Assembly (NCBI GenBank): GCA_965235115.1
Contig: OZ249436.1
Location: 6,388,001-6,452,000, forward strand
Reading direction: 5' to 3'
Origin: Laetmonice hystrix
Lineage: Eukaryota
DNA: 64,000 nucleotides
In this document: positions 49,401 through 62,815 of the stretch, in pieces
How positions within the stretch are numbered: the stretch's first letter is position 1
Layout: each line of letters opens with the position of its first letter
Program-made: the position numbers and the translations under genes
Notes under the pieces: generated by a model
The model's input: only the letters and a program-made list of their open reading frames with translations
Databases searched by the model: none
What the model was told of the DNA's origin: nothing

Positions 49401-51392
49401 CCATGGGGATCTACTGACAGGAGATTAGGATCGTACCGAGTGGGGCAAGGGGGCAGCCATGGGATCTACTGACAGGAGATCAGTGTCAGACCGAGCAGGG
49501 GGGAGGCAGGGGGGCAGCCATGGGGATCTACTGGCAGGAGATTAGGGTCAGACCAAGCAGAGGGGAGGCAGGGGGCAGCTATGGGGATCTACTGACAGGA
49601 GATTAGGGTCAGACCAAGCAGGGGGGAGGGGGCAGCCACGGGGATCTACTGAAAGGAGATCAGGGTCGTACCGAGTGGGGGGAGGGGGCAGCCATGGGGA
49701 TCTATTGACAGGAGATCAGGGTCATACCGAGTGGGGGGAGGCAGGGGGGCAGCCATGGGGATCTATTGACAGGAGATCAGGGTTGTACCGAGTGGGGGGA
49801 GGGGGCAGCCATGGAGATCTACTGACAGGAGGTCAGGTCCGTACCCAGTGGGGGGAGGGGGCAGCTATGGGGATCTACTGACAGGAGATCAGGGTCATAC
49901 CGAGTGGGGGGAGGGGGCAGCCATGGGGATCTACTGACAGGAGGTCAGGGTCGTACCGAGTGGGGCGAGGGGGCAGCCATGGGGATCTACTGACAGGAGG
50001 TCAGGGTCGAACACAGTGGGGGGAGGCAGGGGGGCAGCTATGGGGATCTACTGACAGGAGATCAGGGTCATACTGAGTGAGGCCAGGAGGCAGCCATGGG
50101 GATCTATCAATACGAGATCAGGATCGTACAGAGTGGGGGAGGGAGGGGGCAGCCATGGGGATCTCTCAATAGATCAGGGTCATACTGGGGGTGGGGGGGG
50201 GGGGGGTAGGGAAGTCATTCTTGTGATCAGGGTGCCCTTCTGAACATATGTGGGGAATGTGGGGTGCATTATCCTGTCACACATTAATAGCCCCATTGAA
50301 AATACATTGGTGTTAATGATATGACAAGCTAACGACAGGTTGTGAAATGCACCCCTGACTTTAGAAAGAAAAACCTGCATACGTTCGTTATTTAGGTCTT
50401 TCATGATGAATAATATCCAGTCTTATTTGTTCTAATAGTGATATCTCACCTTCCAACACTCCTCCGACTGAAAACAGATATCTGCTGTAATGGTCAATGT
50501 GTTGTTAACAACCAACTTGGCATGATCCATCGGAATGGACTTATTTTCCTTGTTCAGTCGCAACTTCTGCATCAGGTATGGGGTGACATCAGTGCGACAC
50601 GGAAAACCTGACTTGTCCGAAGTTGACATCTCCTTTGAACTACTTTCCGGTGGTAGCAGTTCACTTGACACCAGGACAGCAACTCCTAAAGCTGCAACTC
50701 ACAATCACAACCAATCATTTTCAGTTATATGCTTGAAAATTTTGGGCACGGATCCAGGATTTCTTGAACTTTGAAGGGCTGGGTTCAGGGTCTTCTCAAA
50801 GGCTGTATACTGACTGGGATGAGAAGGCGCACTTTGGGGCCCCCATTTTTTGTCAGAATGTTCAATTATTTCCAGTTGTCAGGATATAGCGTTTTTGCCC
50901 TTCAAAATAAAAAGATTCTGGGGGAGGACCTCCCACATGCACGCCTCACTCGCAGTACAACAGCACTGGTAACCAGCCCCCCCCCCCTCCCCCCCCCCAC
51001 CGGCTGTGACATGTGTTATATTTAAACAGATAACGTCCCGTTATGTCTATCATATACGTTTACTTGGCGGTTCAGTCCTGGTTTAGTGATACTATGATAG
51101 CCATTCACACTCCCAGTAAGTATAGTGACAACAAAGTAGGCCGAACCCGACGACGACTGTGTCTGTGTACCGTCCATCGCACCAGACTCAGTCCATGCTC
51201 CAGTACTTTCTAATCTACATGCTTTCATTGCCGTTCACACAAGTGACAGTCTGGACACTGGTATAAATTATTGATTAGTGATACAGATATTACGTACTTT
51301 ACTGAATCAACAACTGAAACAATACACCTACCGGAGATGCATCCGATGATGAAGAAGCCACACATCTGACAGCTGGATGGCTTGTCGGCCAT
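43482..51392 (-). CDS. HGSNAT: Heparan-alpha-glucosaminide N-acetyltransferase
   Basis: 17 phase-consistent exons: 51392-51332, 50691-50450, 49303-49176, 48940-48831, 48396-48327, 48038-47981, 47740-47628 ([10 protein letters not shown]), 47197-47090 ([31 protein letters not shown]), 46882-46731, 46558-46443 (RVPGVLQRL), 46316-46195, 45272-45146 ([19 protein letters not shown]), 44923-44837 (YDPEG), 44543-44469, 44215-44145 (IPVNKNLW), 43940-43828, 43657-43482 ([12 protein letters not shown]). Confidence 0.96.
45251..45754 (-). repeat. 52-bp x 10 array copying the HGSNAT 3' splice site plus the first ~24 nt of the exon
   Basis: Minus-strand unit ATTGATTGTTTGACCTGGCAG|GGGTTACCTAGGACCTGGAGGACTCAATATG; the last copy is the real acceptor at 45273. 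Confidence 0.92.
45783..46207 (-). repeat. 33-bp x 13 array copying the HGSNAT 5' splice site
   Basis: Minus-strand unit AAACTCCCAACTGACCAAG|GTAAGGGTGATATG; the first copy is the real donor at 46194. Confidence 0.92.
47202..47561. repeat. Minisatellite, 39 bp x 9, abutting an HGSNAT acceptor
   Basis: Unit CAAAGATAAAGGGGTAAGTCTCAGGCATAATATGGGAAT; ends a few nt from the AG at 47198-47199. Confidence 0.95.
49387..50190. repeat. Diverged G-rich intronic minisatellite, about 58-62 bp x about 14
   Basis: Recurring GGGGCAGCCATGGGGATCTACTGACAGGAGATCAGGGTC...GAGTGGGGGGAG. Confidence 0.9.
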
Positions 51393-51401
51393 TTTGTTCA
51401 G

Positions 51402-51411
51402 GTCACATGAC
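51402..51411 (-). promoter_or_regulatory. CLEAR/M-box-like MiT/TFE site next to the HGSNAT start
   Basis: GTCATGTGAC on the minus strand, about 10 bp upstream of the ATG of a lysosomal gene. Confidence 0.55.
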
Positions 51412-54400
51412 TTTACAAGTCGGCGTCTATACTCACCAGGTGGCGCGAGTGTGGTCGGCGTCAGGGCGTCAACCATGAAGAAAGAAAAAGAAAGACAGAA
51501 AGTAGGGTAGGTATAAGGCATGTCATTTTTTAGCCTCTAGGAAGTGCATAACCTAGATCCAGGATATCATATTGGAAGGGGGAAGTTAGTCTAGACTTGG
51601 AAAAGAAGACCTAGGCCCTATACTATCTATATCTAGCCAAAGGCTAGCATATAGGCCTACATACTACATTAGAGTCTAGACATAGTCATAGGCCTACATA
51701 GGCTAGGCCCCTATGTCCCTTCTCAGGCTTCTGCTTCACTACAAAGAGCAAAATTCCAAGGGGGCCTGAGACCGCTAGATCTGCCCCCACCCTGCTTTCA
51801 GTTTCAGCCACCCAGTCTACCCCGATCATACCCAGAAAAAGCTGACATGAAAAATCCGCAGGGAGCGCTGCAAGCGCTAGCATCGCTCGTTACCCTTGTT
51901 ACGTCACAATGGACTGGTGATTGTTGCACCCATTGTGTCGTCACGATTATTCTATTTTCGGCCAGTGAGACGACTGAACCAAAGCTCAATCTCAACTAAA
52001 CAAAACGATTTGAGCTCCGTCTCCACTGAGATCATCTCAAACTCACCATGGCATGAGATGAGATGAGCATGAGTCTGAGACGATGACCAAAAAACCGGGC
52101 CCTAGTCTTGAAACGAATTTATTTTAGCTTTTTTTCTGAAGCGGGACTCCAGTTTCTTCCATACCTAACATGTTTCATGTCAGTAAAAACAGCTCAACTT
52201 CAACCCCCCCATGTAAACGAAAAAATTTCCTCGGAATTCCTTGGAACATACCCTGACGGGTACAGTACAATGTCGCCATCTGTCTATTAATCGTGCAACT
52301 AGAGTATCTCCCATATTGTGGTGCTGAGCACCGTTGATAATGTTGTGACATGCGGAAAATATCCTCGCCTTAGCGTTAAAAGGCTCGTTTGGGTCCTCAT
52401 ACTTCAACTACACCATGTAAATAGGGAAAAATGGTCAGATTGCTACGATTTTTTGAGAGAATACCTATAAAACCTCTCTGGTTCGAACAGCGATCAGGCA
52501 AATGGCACTGCTATACTTTACCGCCCTCTACAGGCAATTTAAATAATCTCTCCATTCGATTTGGCTGTGGGCCCAATGGGCCGGAACTGCGCATGCGCAA
52601 GGCGCCAGTCATGAATTTCTGGACATGTATCACCCCAATACCCCTATAATATCCCACCCCCAAATACTTTACGTTGTACTATGGGCTGACATCACTTTAC
52701 GTCACTATACGTACAGCAGCCGAGCTCACTACACTACATTCCATTAATGTACAGACTAAACAGAGTGGTGACAGCACATCACCCTGTTTTACACCATTAT
52801 ACTTACTGCCAATGTGACTAACTGCACATGAATCTCTCATCACAGTGCGCCCTCTGTTAGGTGGCTACGCGCAAATAGCCCTAGCGGAGAAAGTGGGAAC
52901 CAAACTACATAATGATGCTGTCTGGTGCAGGTTGCTTGCTGTGTTTCATACTAGAGGGCAGCACCATCATCATGACTAGCCCTGTCGTCCAGGGGGCGTG
53001 AAAGTAGGCCTATGACAAGCTTAAAATTTCCCGTTTTGGCTATAGGCAAGGGCGTAGATAAGGGGTTGGGGGGGGGGGCGAGCCCCCCTCCCAGACCTTT
53101 GTGCCCCAGGTTGTTTTCTAGCACAGTCTTCAAGTTAACAACCATCCATAGCCCCCGCAGATTTTACAACTTGTTTACGCCCCTAAAAGGGGCATGCGGG
53201 GACGTTTATATTGGAATTAGGCTTAGTGCAAATTGGCGGTCGGGTGGGGTAGCGATTTTCATTTAGGCTAGCCTCCTCATGAACCCCCGCCTCAATAGGC
53301 CTATTCCGAGGCATGCTATTCTTAAAAGCCAGGAACAGTATCAGGATTATGTTGTCTACATGAATGGGTCGCTACCACGGTACAGTTTTTATCCTTCAAG
53401 CTGATCAATCTATAGGCCCCACGAAATGTTTCTATTTCCGAATACAATCCACCATAAAGAATACAGACTTCCTGTGTGAGTCCAGTGCCTCGTAAAACCG
53501 AATATCTGCTCAGTGAACTGGTCTGAATATAGGTTAACCTGTACCGGAAAAAACTTTATTCTTGAACTACTCCATCTCTATAAGAGGCTTAGACCTATTC
53601 TATTTGCTACCGTCAATATGAAAATACATAATCTTAAAAACAAAATCTGTATAATGAGTTAACAGATAAATCTGGTGTTTGTCGACATCGACCATGAGGC
53701 CGCGTGCCATCAATATGCATTGATTGACCTAGTGACCGGCTTGGGCCTTAGTGATGAATGAGGTGGTGGGATTTGTACGTACACGTCAGCAGACGACACC
53801 AGGCTCTGACTCCCGGAAATAGGGCAACAGATGTATGTAACTCATATTGCCATGCACGAACTTGTAACAGGTCTTGGTTCATTTCAAATCACCATAAATC
53901 GAATGCTATGAATCATGTCATCAAGCCAGGAGGTTCGCTATAAATCCGATGGAATTTGGTGTGCACTAGAAGCGATGTTCATGTTGAATTCGGTTATCAG
54001 TTGATTATGGGAGGATACATCCTCCCGCGCTCGGGTTTGAACCGCTTAGAGCGACCCCCCCCCCCCCCCCCACGACAGCCAGCATTTTTTCGCCGGAAAA
54101 AAGATCGCAGCGCCATCTGCTTACGACCTAATACTTGAATTGATATACAGTACGCCCAGTCAGCAGCTCCGTTAGAGAGACCTTTAGGTTTTTCCAGAGC
54201 TGTTCGCCAAGTTAGAAGTTCTCGCAACATGTCTTCCGTGCTCTTTTGACCCCCTCTCATTCACAGTGAGGCTGGCGCGAGTTTCAATCCCCAAAGGGAG
54301 GTCCTATCATCTGCAGTCAGGGCGACAGGGTTCCACGGTCACGTAAGATCCGGCGTGACTCTTCCTACACGACCAAAACTGACTTCTACCCAGAACTGAC

Positions 54401-56754
54401 AACCACGACCTTGAAGTAGTCACGTGAGAAGCGAACCTTACGCTCGGCATTCGCTCGACCAACCAAACGACACTTTCGGCAAGGTCTTTATGCAGAGGTC
54501 GTACAAAGAAACGCCATTAACCATAATGGCCCCCTCATTGTCGTCGAAAGCTGTCTTTGTCTTGTCGGACTGCTGACCTTATCGGGGTCGTTCTCACAGA
54601 CAAAGACACAGATGGATGGCCACAAAAGTCAGGCTTAATTAATTCTGGTCGCAGCTGCGACCTGACGTTTGGATTAGCCTATAATTAAATTTTGCCATTT
54701 GCCATGTTGTGACATACCTTTGTCTACCGTTAATAGGACTTAACACTAGTCGGAATATACTTTAGGTCTATAAGTATTAGGCCTATATTAGACCTATGAT
54801 TGGAAACGTGACTACTGTATCATGTTACATACGTGTTCTGAACATGCTTCATTATGGAGGAGTTCTTGCCAGAGAGACTCATTCGGGGTCGATTTACATA
54901 GGCTACTTTGACGATCTGGATATTTGGATTTTGGAATCGATCCTGATTGTCCAGACCGTAGACACCTAAATGCGTCAAACCTTTATCTTTTGTGAACATT
55001 TCCACTCATGCAAGCCTTCAGCAGGCACGTTTTACTAAACACCTAGGCTTATGTCAATTTTCAATTTTTCAATGGATCGATTGATTAAATGCTTATCGAC
55101 ATTAGCCAATTCCGTCTTTACTGCGTATCTTTTTAATTCATTTCCTACGGTACGGGCTGTATGTAAAATCGACGCCTACCGTCTGCCTCAGTACTTTGCC
55201 ATTGGCCTATAAGTAACGTGGCATGTCAACATTCTTTTGGTCAGAGCTGCTCCTTCACCATTTTGACCGGCGACAAACGAATTTATGCCGATTCCTTTAG
55301 CGGTCTGTGCCACCTGAAGGACGTAAATATACTGCGTCTATCGGGCACGCAATGAGACCAGAGGCCTCAACCGCTACATCGCTGATCGCCAGCGACAGCA
55401 GGCGATCAGGCAGACAAATCCCCCTTCTTCGAGACAAAGTCTGTCAGATCGCATATTCAAATATGGAAGTGATAGACCAAATCAAGTCTCGCAATTCATG
55501 TCCGAATTAGAGCTATTAGGTAAAGGGCGAGAGTGGTTGGACCCAATATGTCACCCCCTGTCATTGGTATGCAAATTCAAAGGATGAGAAAGCTGGATAC
55601 AACCCTCTCTCAGTGCGTAGTTAGGTCATGCGTAATAAAAATTGAGAAAATCTGGCATAATTTAATGACATGCAGTGGATACTACTAGGCATAAGCCTTA
55701 TACTTTCCTTCCTGCAGGTCTATACATGGGGGAGCAATTAAGACTTCTTCTTCTGCTTCTTCCTCTTTTTCTTCCTCCAGGGCAGTTCGTTACGTTGCAT
55801 CGTCAGATATTCAAACAGAATCTTCAGTTCCCACAAAAAGCTCGGTGAGTGTTAAAAGACATACGAAAACGTACTTTCGTTATCGTTCCTCGAAATGTGA
55901 CAATGCCATCGAAATCTTCTTTTTGGTCAAATATATAGTGTATGTCGTCTATATATCATAGGCTACTTTTAAAAAGATGACTAAAATTGAAACCCCGAGA
56001 ACCAGATATCCATAGGCCTATGTGCGCAGCCATTTGGTTGTTCATTGAGCACCCCAGGACAAGCCGACGACCACGGGTTGACCGAGGGCCCCGCGGATTC
56101 CAGCGAACAACGGCCCCGCACGGCGACCACTGCAATTTAACTGTAGTCTGGACATTGGCATTGATGGATCAGGGCCAACGTGGTTTCTACAAGACGTCTT
56201 GATCTCAACATTTGCCTCCACTGAATGCCCCAAGGATCTAGATCCGATACATTGTGTTTGCATGGTAACGATTGATGAGAGTGGCCCCGGTCTCGCGTCC
56301 ACATCCGCCCCCGTGAGCCCGCGAGACTGACCGCTGTGCACGACGGGAAGTACGCTTGTCCAAGTCGCGAGAATGGCGCGTGTGACTGCTGATTCTGTCC
56401 TGATGAAGTCACGTATACCCGCCTTTCAGCCCACCTAGGCAATTGGCATTAGCGGCAACTGTAGTGTATTGAGTAATTTACCAATGGCGGTCCTAATCTG
56501 ACGAGAGTGAATGACACAAGCTTGATCCGAGTCCTAGTCCTGATCTTAGCTCTGTGTCCAGCGGCGGTACGAATCGTGGCTTAGATTCTGACTCTTTCCT
56601 AAATGGTCATGACCCCATGGTCAACGGCGCCATATAGGTACAGCAATAGAAAGCTTAAAGTGTACTCAGAAAAATGGGCAGGCCTTATTTCTAATGTAGC
56701 CTACGTATGTTGAAGAAAGGTCTTACAACTGGTGCGCCATTGTCAAAACTTGTA

Positions 56755-56756
56755 TC

Positions 56757-56790
<34 letters not shown>

Positions 56791-56845
56791 AGAGACAGAC
56801 ACACAGACAGACACACCCCGGCATACAGACAGACGGACAGACAAG
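56755..56845. repeat. (GA)n / GACA microsatellite
   Basis: Directly visible. Confidence 0.9.
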
Positions 56846-57319
56846 CGCAGCAGCGCGGGAGAAAGATACGGACAGAGATGGGATGAGGCATATTATACGG
56901 TCCTTCAGGATCAATCACGAATTTAACACAGCCGAGGTGCCAAACAAAGGCAAGGAAAAAATTGATCCCATACGGAGAACAATAACTACAACGTCTGCGG
57001 TTTAATCTTTTCAAGACATGTAATTTTAACACTAAATGTACAATAATATGCAAGGTCTAGGTCTAATCTTTACGTCTAATCTTGAATTATACAGCGATAT
57101 TAAATCTTTTGAGCATGCACGCCATTTAAAACTTGACCTTGATAAACTTACACGGCAGTCTTATTATTAAATTAGATTCATGGGGTGGAGGTCGAAACCA
57201 CTACCAGTAACACAAACAAAGGAAAGTAAAATATTATATCATGTTTCATTTGTATTTTATCTTTAGTGCGTCCTCGTGGAGTCGCAGAAAAGCCGCAGTC
57301 TTTGGATCGGAACAATCGG

Positions 57320-57553
57320 ATACCTCAGTTTCCAACACAATACCTGTTTCCAACACAATACCTGTTTCCAATACAATACCTTAGTTTCCAACACAATACC
57401 TCAGTTTCCAACACAATACCTCAGTTTCCAACACAATACCTCAGTTTCCAACACAATACCTCAGTTTCCAACACAATACCTCAGTTTCCAACACAATACC
57501 TCAGTTTCCAACACAATACCTCAGTTTCCAACACAATACCTCAGTTTCCAACA
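57320..57553. repeat. Minisatellite, 20 bp x about 11
   Basis: Unit CCTCAGTTTCCAACACAATA. Confidence 0.95.
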
Positions 57554-59522
57554 TAAAACTGGTCAGCTGATCTAAAGGTCATGCACTGATTAGATAGATC
57601 CGTTAGCATCAGTATAACATGGGAGTCGAAAGGAGGCAGTTCCCGTACCATCTCACGGATCATTATCTCGCGTTTACATCAGTCACATGGATGGGCTGCA
57701 CCGGAAGTGTAATAACCCATCTCTTCCGGTCTAAACATGCTGAGAACGAGTTAAACGATGGGCGGTCTTAGATCTCAAGTTGCTCTAGTTCCTGGCATCG
57801 TATCAGATAGGCCTCCTCATCTTCTGTTAATCAGTGCCAGAATAAGGATTGTCAAGTGGCATTTCCACGGATTTTCGCTTTTTACGGGGCATGTTGATGG
57901 AAACGTCTATTTCAGTTTGAATTTTGGTGCCGAGTCAGACAAGAGCTTAGAGTCTATGATTTGCAAATCATTGGACGATTGGGTCTTTTGTGCGAGCCTT
58001 TCCTCGTACGAAAGTTCACGAAGCCCTGAGGCTGGAGATGAAAGTTGGGGCGGGGGGGGGGGCATTCCTCCGTCAATAATTTATTATCACCTTTTAGCTA
58101 CAGACCTTTGAGAAACGTTCTTTACGCATGTCACGTTTTCTGTGGCCGTGTTGTCGTGCATAGTTTTATGGTACGAGCCTAATTATTCGGTATGACAAGT
58201 TTTGTCCGAATTGCCTGCTTGAAGACCTCGTCTGTTGTGATACGTACCCCAAACAGTGCTCCAGCCGATTGTTTTTATTACATTCTTTATCCACTTCCTC
58301 TTCATTACAACAAAATGTATCCGAGTTTGGCGTAAACTTGACTCCATGTTGCCGTCGGCTGTACCCTTATCTCAGCGTACCATGCCTGACGTTGTAACAA
58401 AGCCATTAACTCGCCATGGTTTCCTGAAAAGGCACGTTCGCCCGGCCTTTGAGCGGACGACTATTAATAACGGTTTTCTTTGAGGTAGTCGGCTCTAAAG
58501 GCTAGGGACGCCAGTGGCGGGGTTTTGTGGTTGGAATGCCACAATCTGTGTGAACGGCTGAGCGAGCAGTGAGACGGCGGCTGGAGGCGGAGCGCCCGGT
58601 CCCCATCTGGACCCGATCGACACTAGACCTCCTGATCGACCTCGGTACCCGGTCCGTCATGGCGGTCCGCCCACTCTGTGCCGGCCACCTCTCGGCCGGC
58701 ATCGGGTGCCCGACAGGGCCGTTCATCGACTCTCAGCTTAGACTCCACCGCCATGGTCTTGATTCACTCAGTCACCTTAAGTGTCCTCTTTCTCATGTGT
58801 CCCACGTGTGCTCACGAAGTGTGCTGCCGTCATTACCACCTCGTTCTCTGCAATGTCTTTGGTTAACGATTCTCCGATATTTGTCTCCTTCCTTTCAGTG
58901 TGTGCCACATTCCGGTTACCCCCTATTTCTAGACAAAACATGATTTCAGGCTGTAACTCCAACCTATAGCTAGGAATGTAGCAAAGTTTCCAATTAGCGC
59001 CGAGCTATGAATTTCACTGTTTCCGCCTTGAGGATGGCCAATCATTCAATCCTGACCACCTGCTATGACAGGCTTCTTAACCTAGAACAATCCGTCATGG
59101 AGCTCAGCTTTCAAGCGTAGTTCTTTAGCACCTTTCACTTCACTCTGTCCGACTCCACTCCATCGGTCTCCCCTCTCATTGTGGTCCGTTAAAATAAGTC
59201 ATCAGACACAGCGTTACGGATGTCGGTACCTGACACGGAACCTCTAATACTAGGCGGATCTAGGGGGGGGCAGGCCCCCCCCCCCTAAATTTTGGACAAG
59301 TATAGTATAACTTAGGCCCAAATGAACCCAGCCACCCCTTTCGAGCAGTAACGTAAGGTCTAACAGTAAACCTGGTGATTTATGAAGATTGAAATTTGTA
59401 TAAAACATGATTTAGTTATCAGCAGTTCAGGACCAGCCACCCCTTTCCGACTTCGTCCCGGTGCCCCCCCCCCCCCTAAGCCAAAATCCTGGATCCGCCC
59501 CTGAATACGGCCACAGGTAGCC

Positions 59523-59820
59523 AATCTCCCGTAGGCTATATATACCTACGTGTGAAGAACACGCCCGATCTCCCGTATATACCTACGTGTGAAGAACACG
59601 CCCGATCTCCCGTATATACCTACGTGTGAAGAACACGCCCGATCTCCCGTATATACCTACGTGTGAAGAACACGCCCGATCTCCCGTATATACCTACGTG
59701 TGAAGAACACGCCTAATCTCCCGTATATACCTACGTGTGAAGAACACGCCCGATCTCCCGTATATACCTACGTGTGAAGAACACGCACGATCTCCCGTAT
59801 ATACCTACATGTGAAGAACA
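59523..59820. repeat. Minisatellite, 37 bp x about 8
   Basis: Unit ATCTCCCGTATATACCTACGTGTGAAGAACACGCCCG. Confidence 0.95.
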
Positions 59821-60338
59821 GCTAGCGCTATATACTTCCTCCACTATTTCCTCTCATTCTACTCGAGTGAACCTTTTGGTCTGTACCGGGTACTTTCGAG
59901 TGCTGTTGAGGTTCCAAGTGGCCATCAGTCATTTGCTTGCATGCCTCTTTGATTGTTGCCCGCCTACTTCATCCAACAGGCACGTACACACCCAGTGTCA
60001 TTGACTATAAGGGAATGGGAATGTCGCACTGTCATCTGACGCTGAATGTGACACTATAGTGTAGGCGATGTGTTGTAATGTCTTTGTAGCCTCTCATCTT
60101 CAAAACAATGGGATCAGAGATACAGAACTGTTTCAATAAACTCTTGTATTATGGAAACTTCTCGGTTTAGTATTTATGACAGTGATCGATTAGAGAAGGT
60201 CAGACAGAAGAAATACAATTCTTACTGTTTGAATCTGTATGCGCTCTGGTAATCTGTCTGTTGACAATAGTAGTGTTCACAATAATGTGAAAATACGATT
60301 TGGGAGAAGGTGCCTTGACAGTACGCGAGCAGTTGTAA

Positions 60339-60748
60339 TAAGTAGTATATGAAAAGTGTAATTTGTATGAGTAGTATAGGGAAAGTGTAATTTATATAAG
60401 TAGTATATGAAAAGTGTAATTTATATAAGTAGTATATGAAAAGTGTAATTTGTATGAGTAGTATAGGGAAAGTGTAATTTATATAAGTAGTATATGAAAA
60501 GTGTAATTTATATAAGTAGTATATGAAAAGTGTAATTTGTATGAGTAGTATATGAAAAGTGTAATTTGTATGAGTAGTATAGGGAAAGTGTAATTTATAT
60601 AAGTACTATATGAAAAGTGTAATTTGTATGAGTAGTAGACTCTATAGGAAAAGTGTAATTTATATCAGTAGTATAGGAAAAGTGTAATTTGTATGAGTAG
60701 TATAGGAAAAGTGTAATTTATATCAGTAGTATAGAAAAAGTTTAATTT
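60339..60748. repeat. Minisatellite, 29 bp x about 14
   Basis: Unit AGTAGTATATGAAAAGTGTAATTTRTATR. Confidence 0.93.
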
Positions 60749-61529
60749 TGGGGTGAAGTCATACGAAGTTCAACAGTTCATTTCTGATCCCTGGTTGCTG
60801 ATGTCTGTGTCGAAGCAGCAGGTACTACTGTACTACTTTCGTTGAATCATGGTAGCTATTTGGTGATTTTTACATAAAATCCTTGAGATCATGACAATCT
60901 GTGTAAATTGCTCTTAAATTGACATGGATCGTCAAGCAGCTGGGGACCTGTATTTCGTTAGTCGTCCCTGACCCATTTCCGACTCATTTTGATGAAAGCT
61001 ATGGGAACAACGTCTGTAATTCTATATGCCGGTTAGTTTTTCTTACAGACATGTTTCTTTGTCGGGCCCTGGACATCATAGGAGGGATGCTTTCAAGGGA
61101 TGTGGGTAAGGCGTTTCGGATGTCGATAATGGCATGTACCTTGTTCTGGGCCAATCTGGGTCATTGGGGGATACAAATAACACTTAGATACCGAAGTAAT
61201 GATCGAAGATAGAAACGAAGGTAATATTGTGCCGCATTGGGCACAAATCATGAGGGCAATAATAATTAGATTAAACTGAGTGGATTTGCGAATTCTAAAG
61301 TGACAGACCTGTACAGTGTGTTGCCGAAGGTGCTCCCACACACAGTAAAAGGGTTCGATTTTAGGCTAAATTGATGTCATCCCTACATTTGTAGGTCTAC
61401 TATGGTTCATTTGATAAAATCGGGAATAACTGCTATAAAATAGTTTTAACGTACGTTTGTAATATCAATACCGTGTTAGACATTAGACCTATGACTTATT
61501 GGAATACTTCCTCGTCAAGGACATCTCAG

Positions 61530-62062
61530 CGGTCTCCACCATACAACCCTCATCCACTCAGCTGTGACGGTCTCCACCATACAACCCTCATCCACTCAGC
61601 TGTGACGGTCTCTACCATACAACCCTCATCCACTCAGCTGTGACGGTCTCCACCATACAACCCTCATCCACTCAGCTGTGACGGTCTCCACCATACAACC
61701 CTCATCCACTCAGCTGTGACGGTCTCTACCATACAACCCTCATCCACTCAGCTGTGACGGTTTCCACCATACAACCCTCATCCACTCAGCTGTGACGGTC
61801 TCCACCATACAACCCTCATCCACTCAGCTGTGACGGTCTCCACCATACAACCCTCATCCACTCAGCTGTGACGGTCTCTACCATACAACCCTCATCCACT
61901 CAGCTGTGACGGTCTCCACCATACAACCCTCATCCACTCAGCTGTGACGGTCTCCACCATACAACCCTCATCCCCTCAGCTGTGACTGTCTCCCCCATAC
62001 AACCCTCATCCACTCAGCTGTGACGGTCTCCACCATACAATCCTCATCCACTCAGCTGTGAC
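61530..62062. repeat. Minisatellite, 38 bp x 14
   Basis: Unit CGGTCTCCACCATACAACCCTCATCCACTCAGCTGTGA. Confidence 0.95.
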
Positions 62063-62520
62063 ACCTTTCAATCCACATAAGATTGAGAGAGAGCCGGAAC
62101 CATGCTTGGCTTCACCCGCTTGATCACGTGACCAAGCCCATTTCCTTTTAGCATAACTCGCGAGATCTCGTTGCTCGATGCCGGAACAATCAGTGGCCAG
62201 GCGGTGAGTGGAGGCCGGGTGACCAGCACCTTGGTTGAATACTAATTCTACATGTATAGACGTTCAGAGTGATAGTCCAACGATACCAACGTCGACCGAC
62301 GTTTCTCATGAAGATAATTTCTCTTAAGAATATTTCAGAATAAGAAAGTAAAATGTCTCGGCAGCAGACTCAGCTGGACGGCCAGAGACAGATGACGTGC
62401 TGCAGGTGTGTGGCTACCATGTTAGCGTGTAATTGTTGGCGACCACCGTCCCTTTGCTGTTAGCTAAATCATTTAGTGGAGCCGGAAGGACGCTCGATTC
62501 AGTGGGAAGAGCTTTACAAG

Positions 62521-62815
62521 ACGTTCTGTGTTGACGGACAGGACGCTGGACGTCTGTACGTTCTGTGTTCACGGACAGGACGCTGGACGTCTGTACGTTC
62601 TGTGTTCACGGACAGGACGCTGGACGTCTGTACGTTCTGTGTTCACGGACAGGACGCTGTACGTTCTGTGTTCACGGACAGGACGCTGGATGTCTGTACG
62701 TTCTGTGTTCACGGACAGGACGGTGGGCGTCTGTACGTTCTGTGTTCACGGACAGGACGGTGGGCGTCTGTACGTTCTGTGTTCACGGACAGGACGCTGG
62801 ACGTCTGTACGTTCT
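62521..62815. repeat. Minisatellite, 37 bp x about 8
   Basis: Unit ACGTTCTGTGTTCACGGACAGGACGCTGGACGTCTGT. Confidence 0.93.

Noticed and set aside
58500..61340. Coding-like fragments (IGESLTK; Kozak ATG with a signal-like peptide at about 58752)
   Set aside because: Short, interrupted by stops and without a recognisable domain; possibly a decayed retroelement but not supportable.
11149..62815. Short tandem arrays as CRISPR arrays
   Set aside because: Units are contiguous with no unique spacers, there are no cas genes, and the DNA is eukaryotic with spliceosomal introns.
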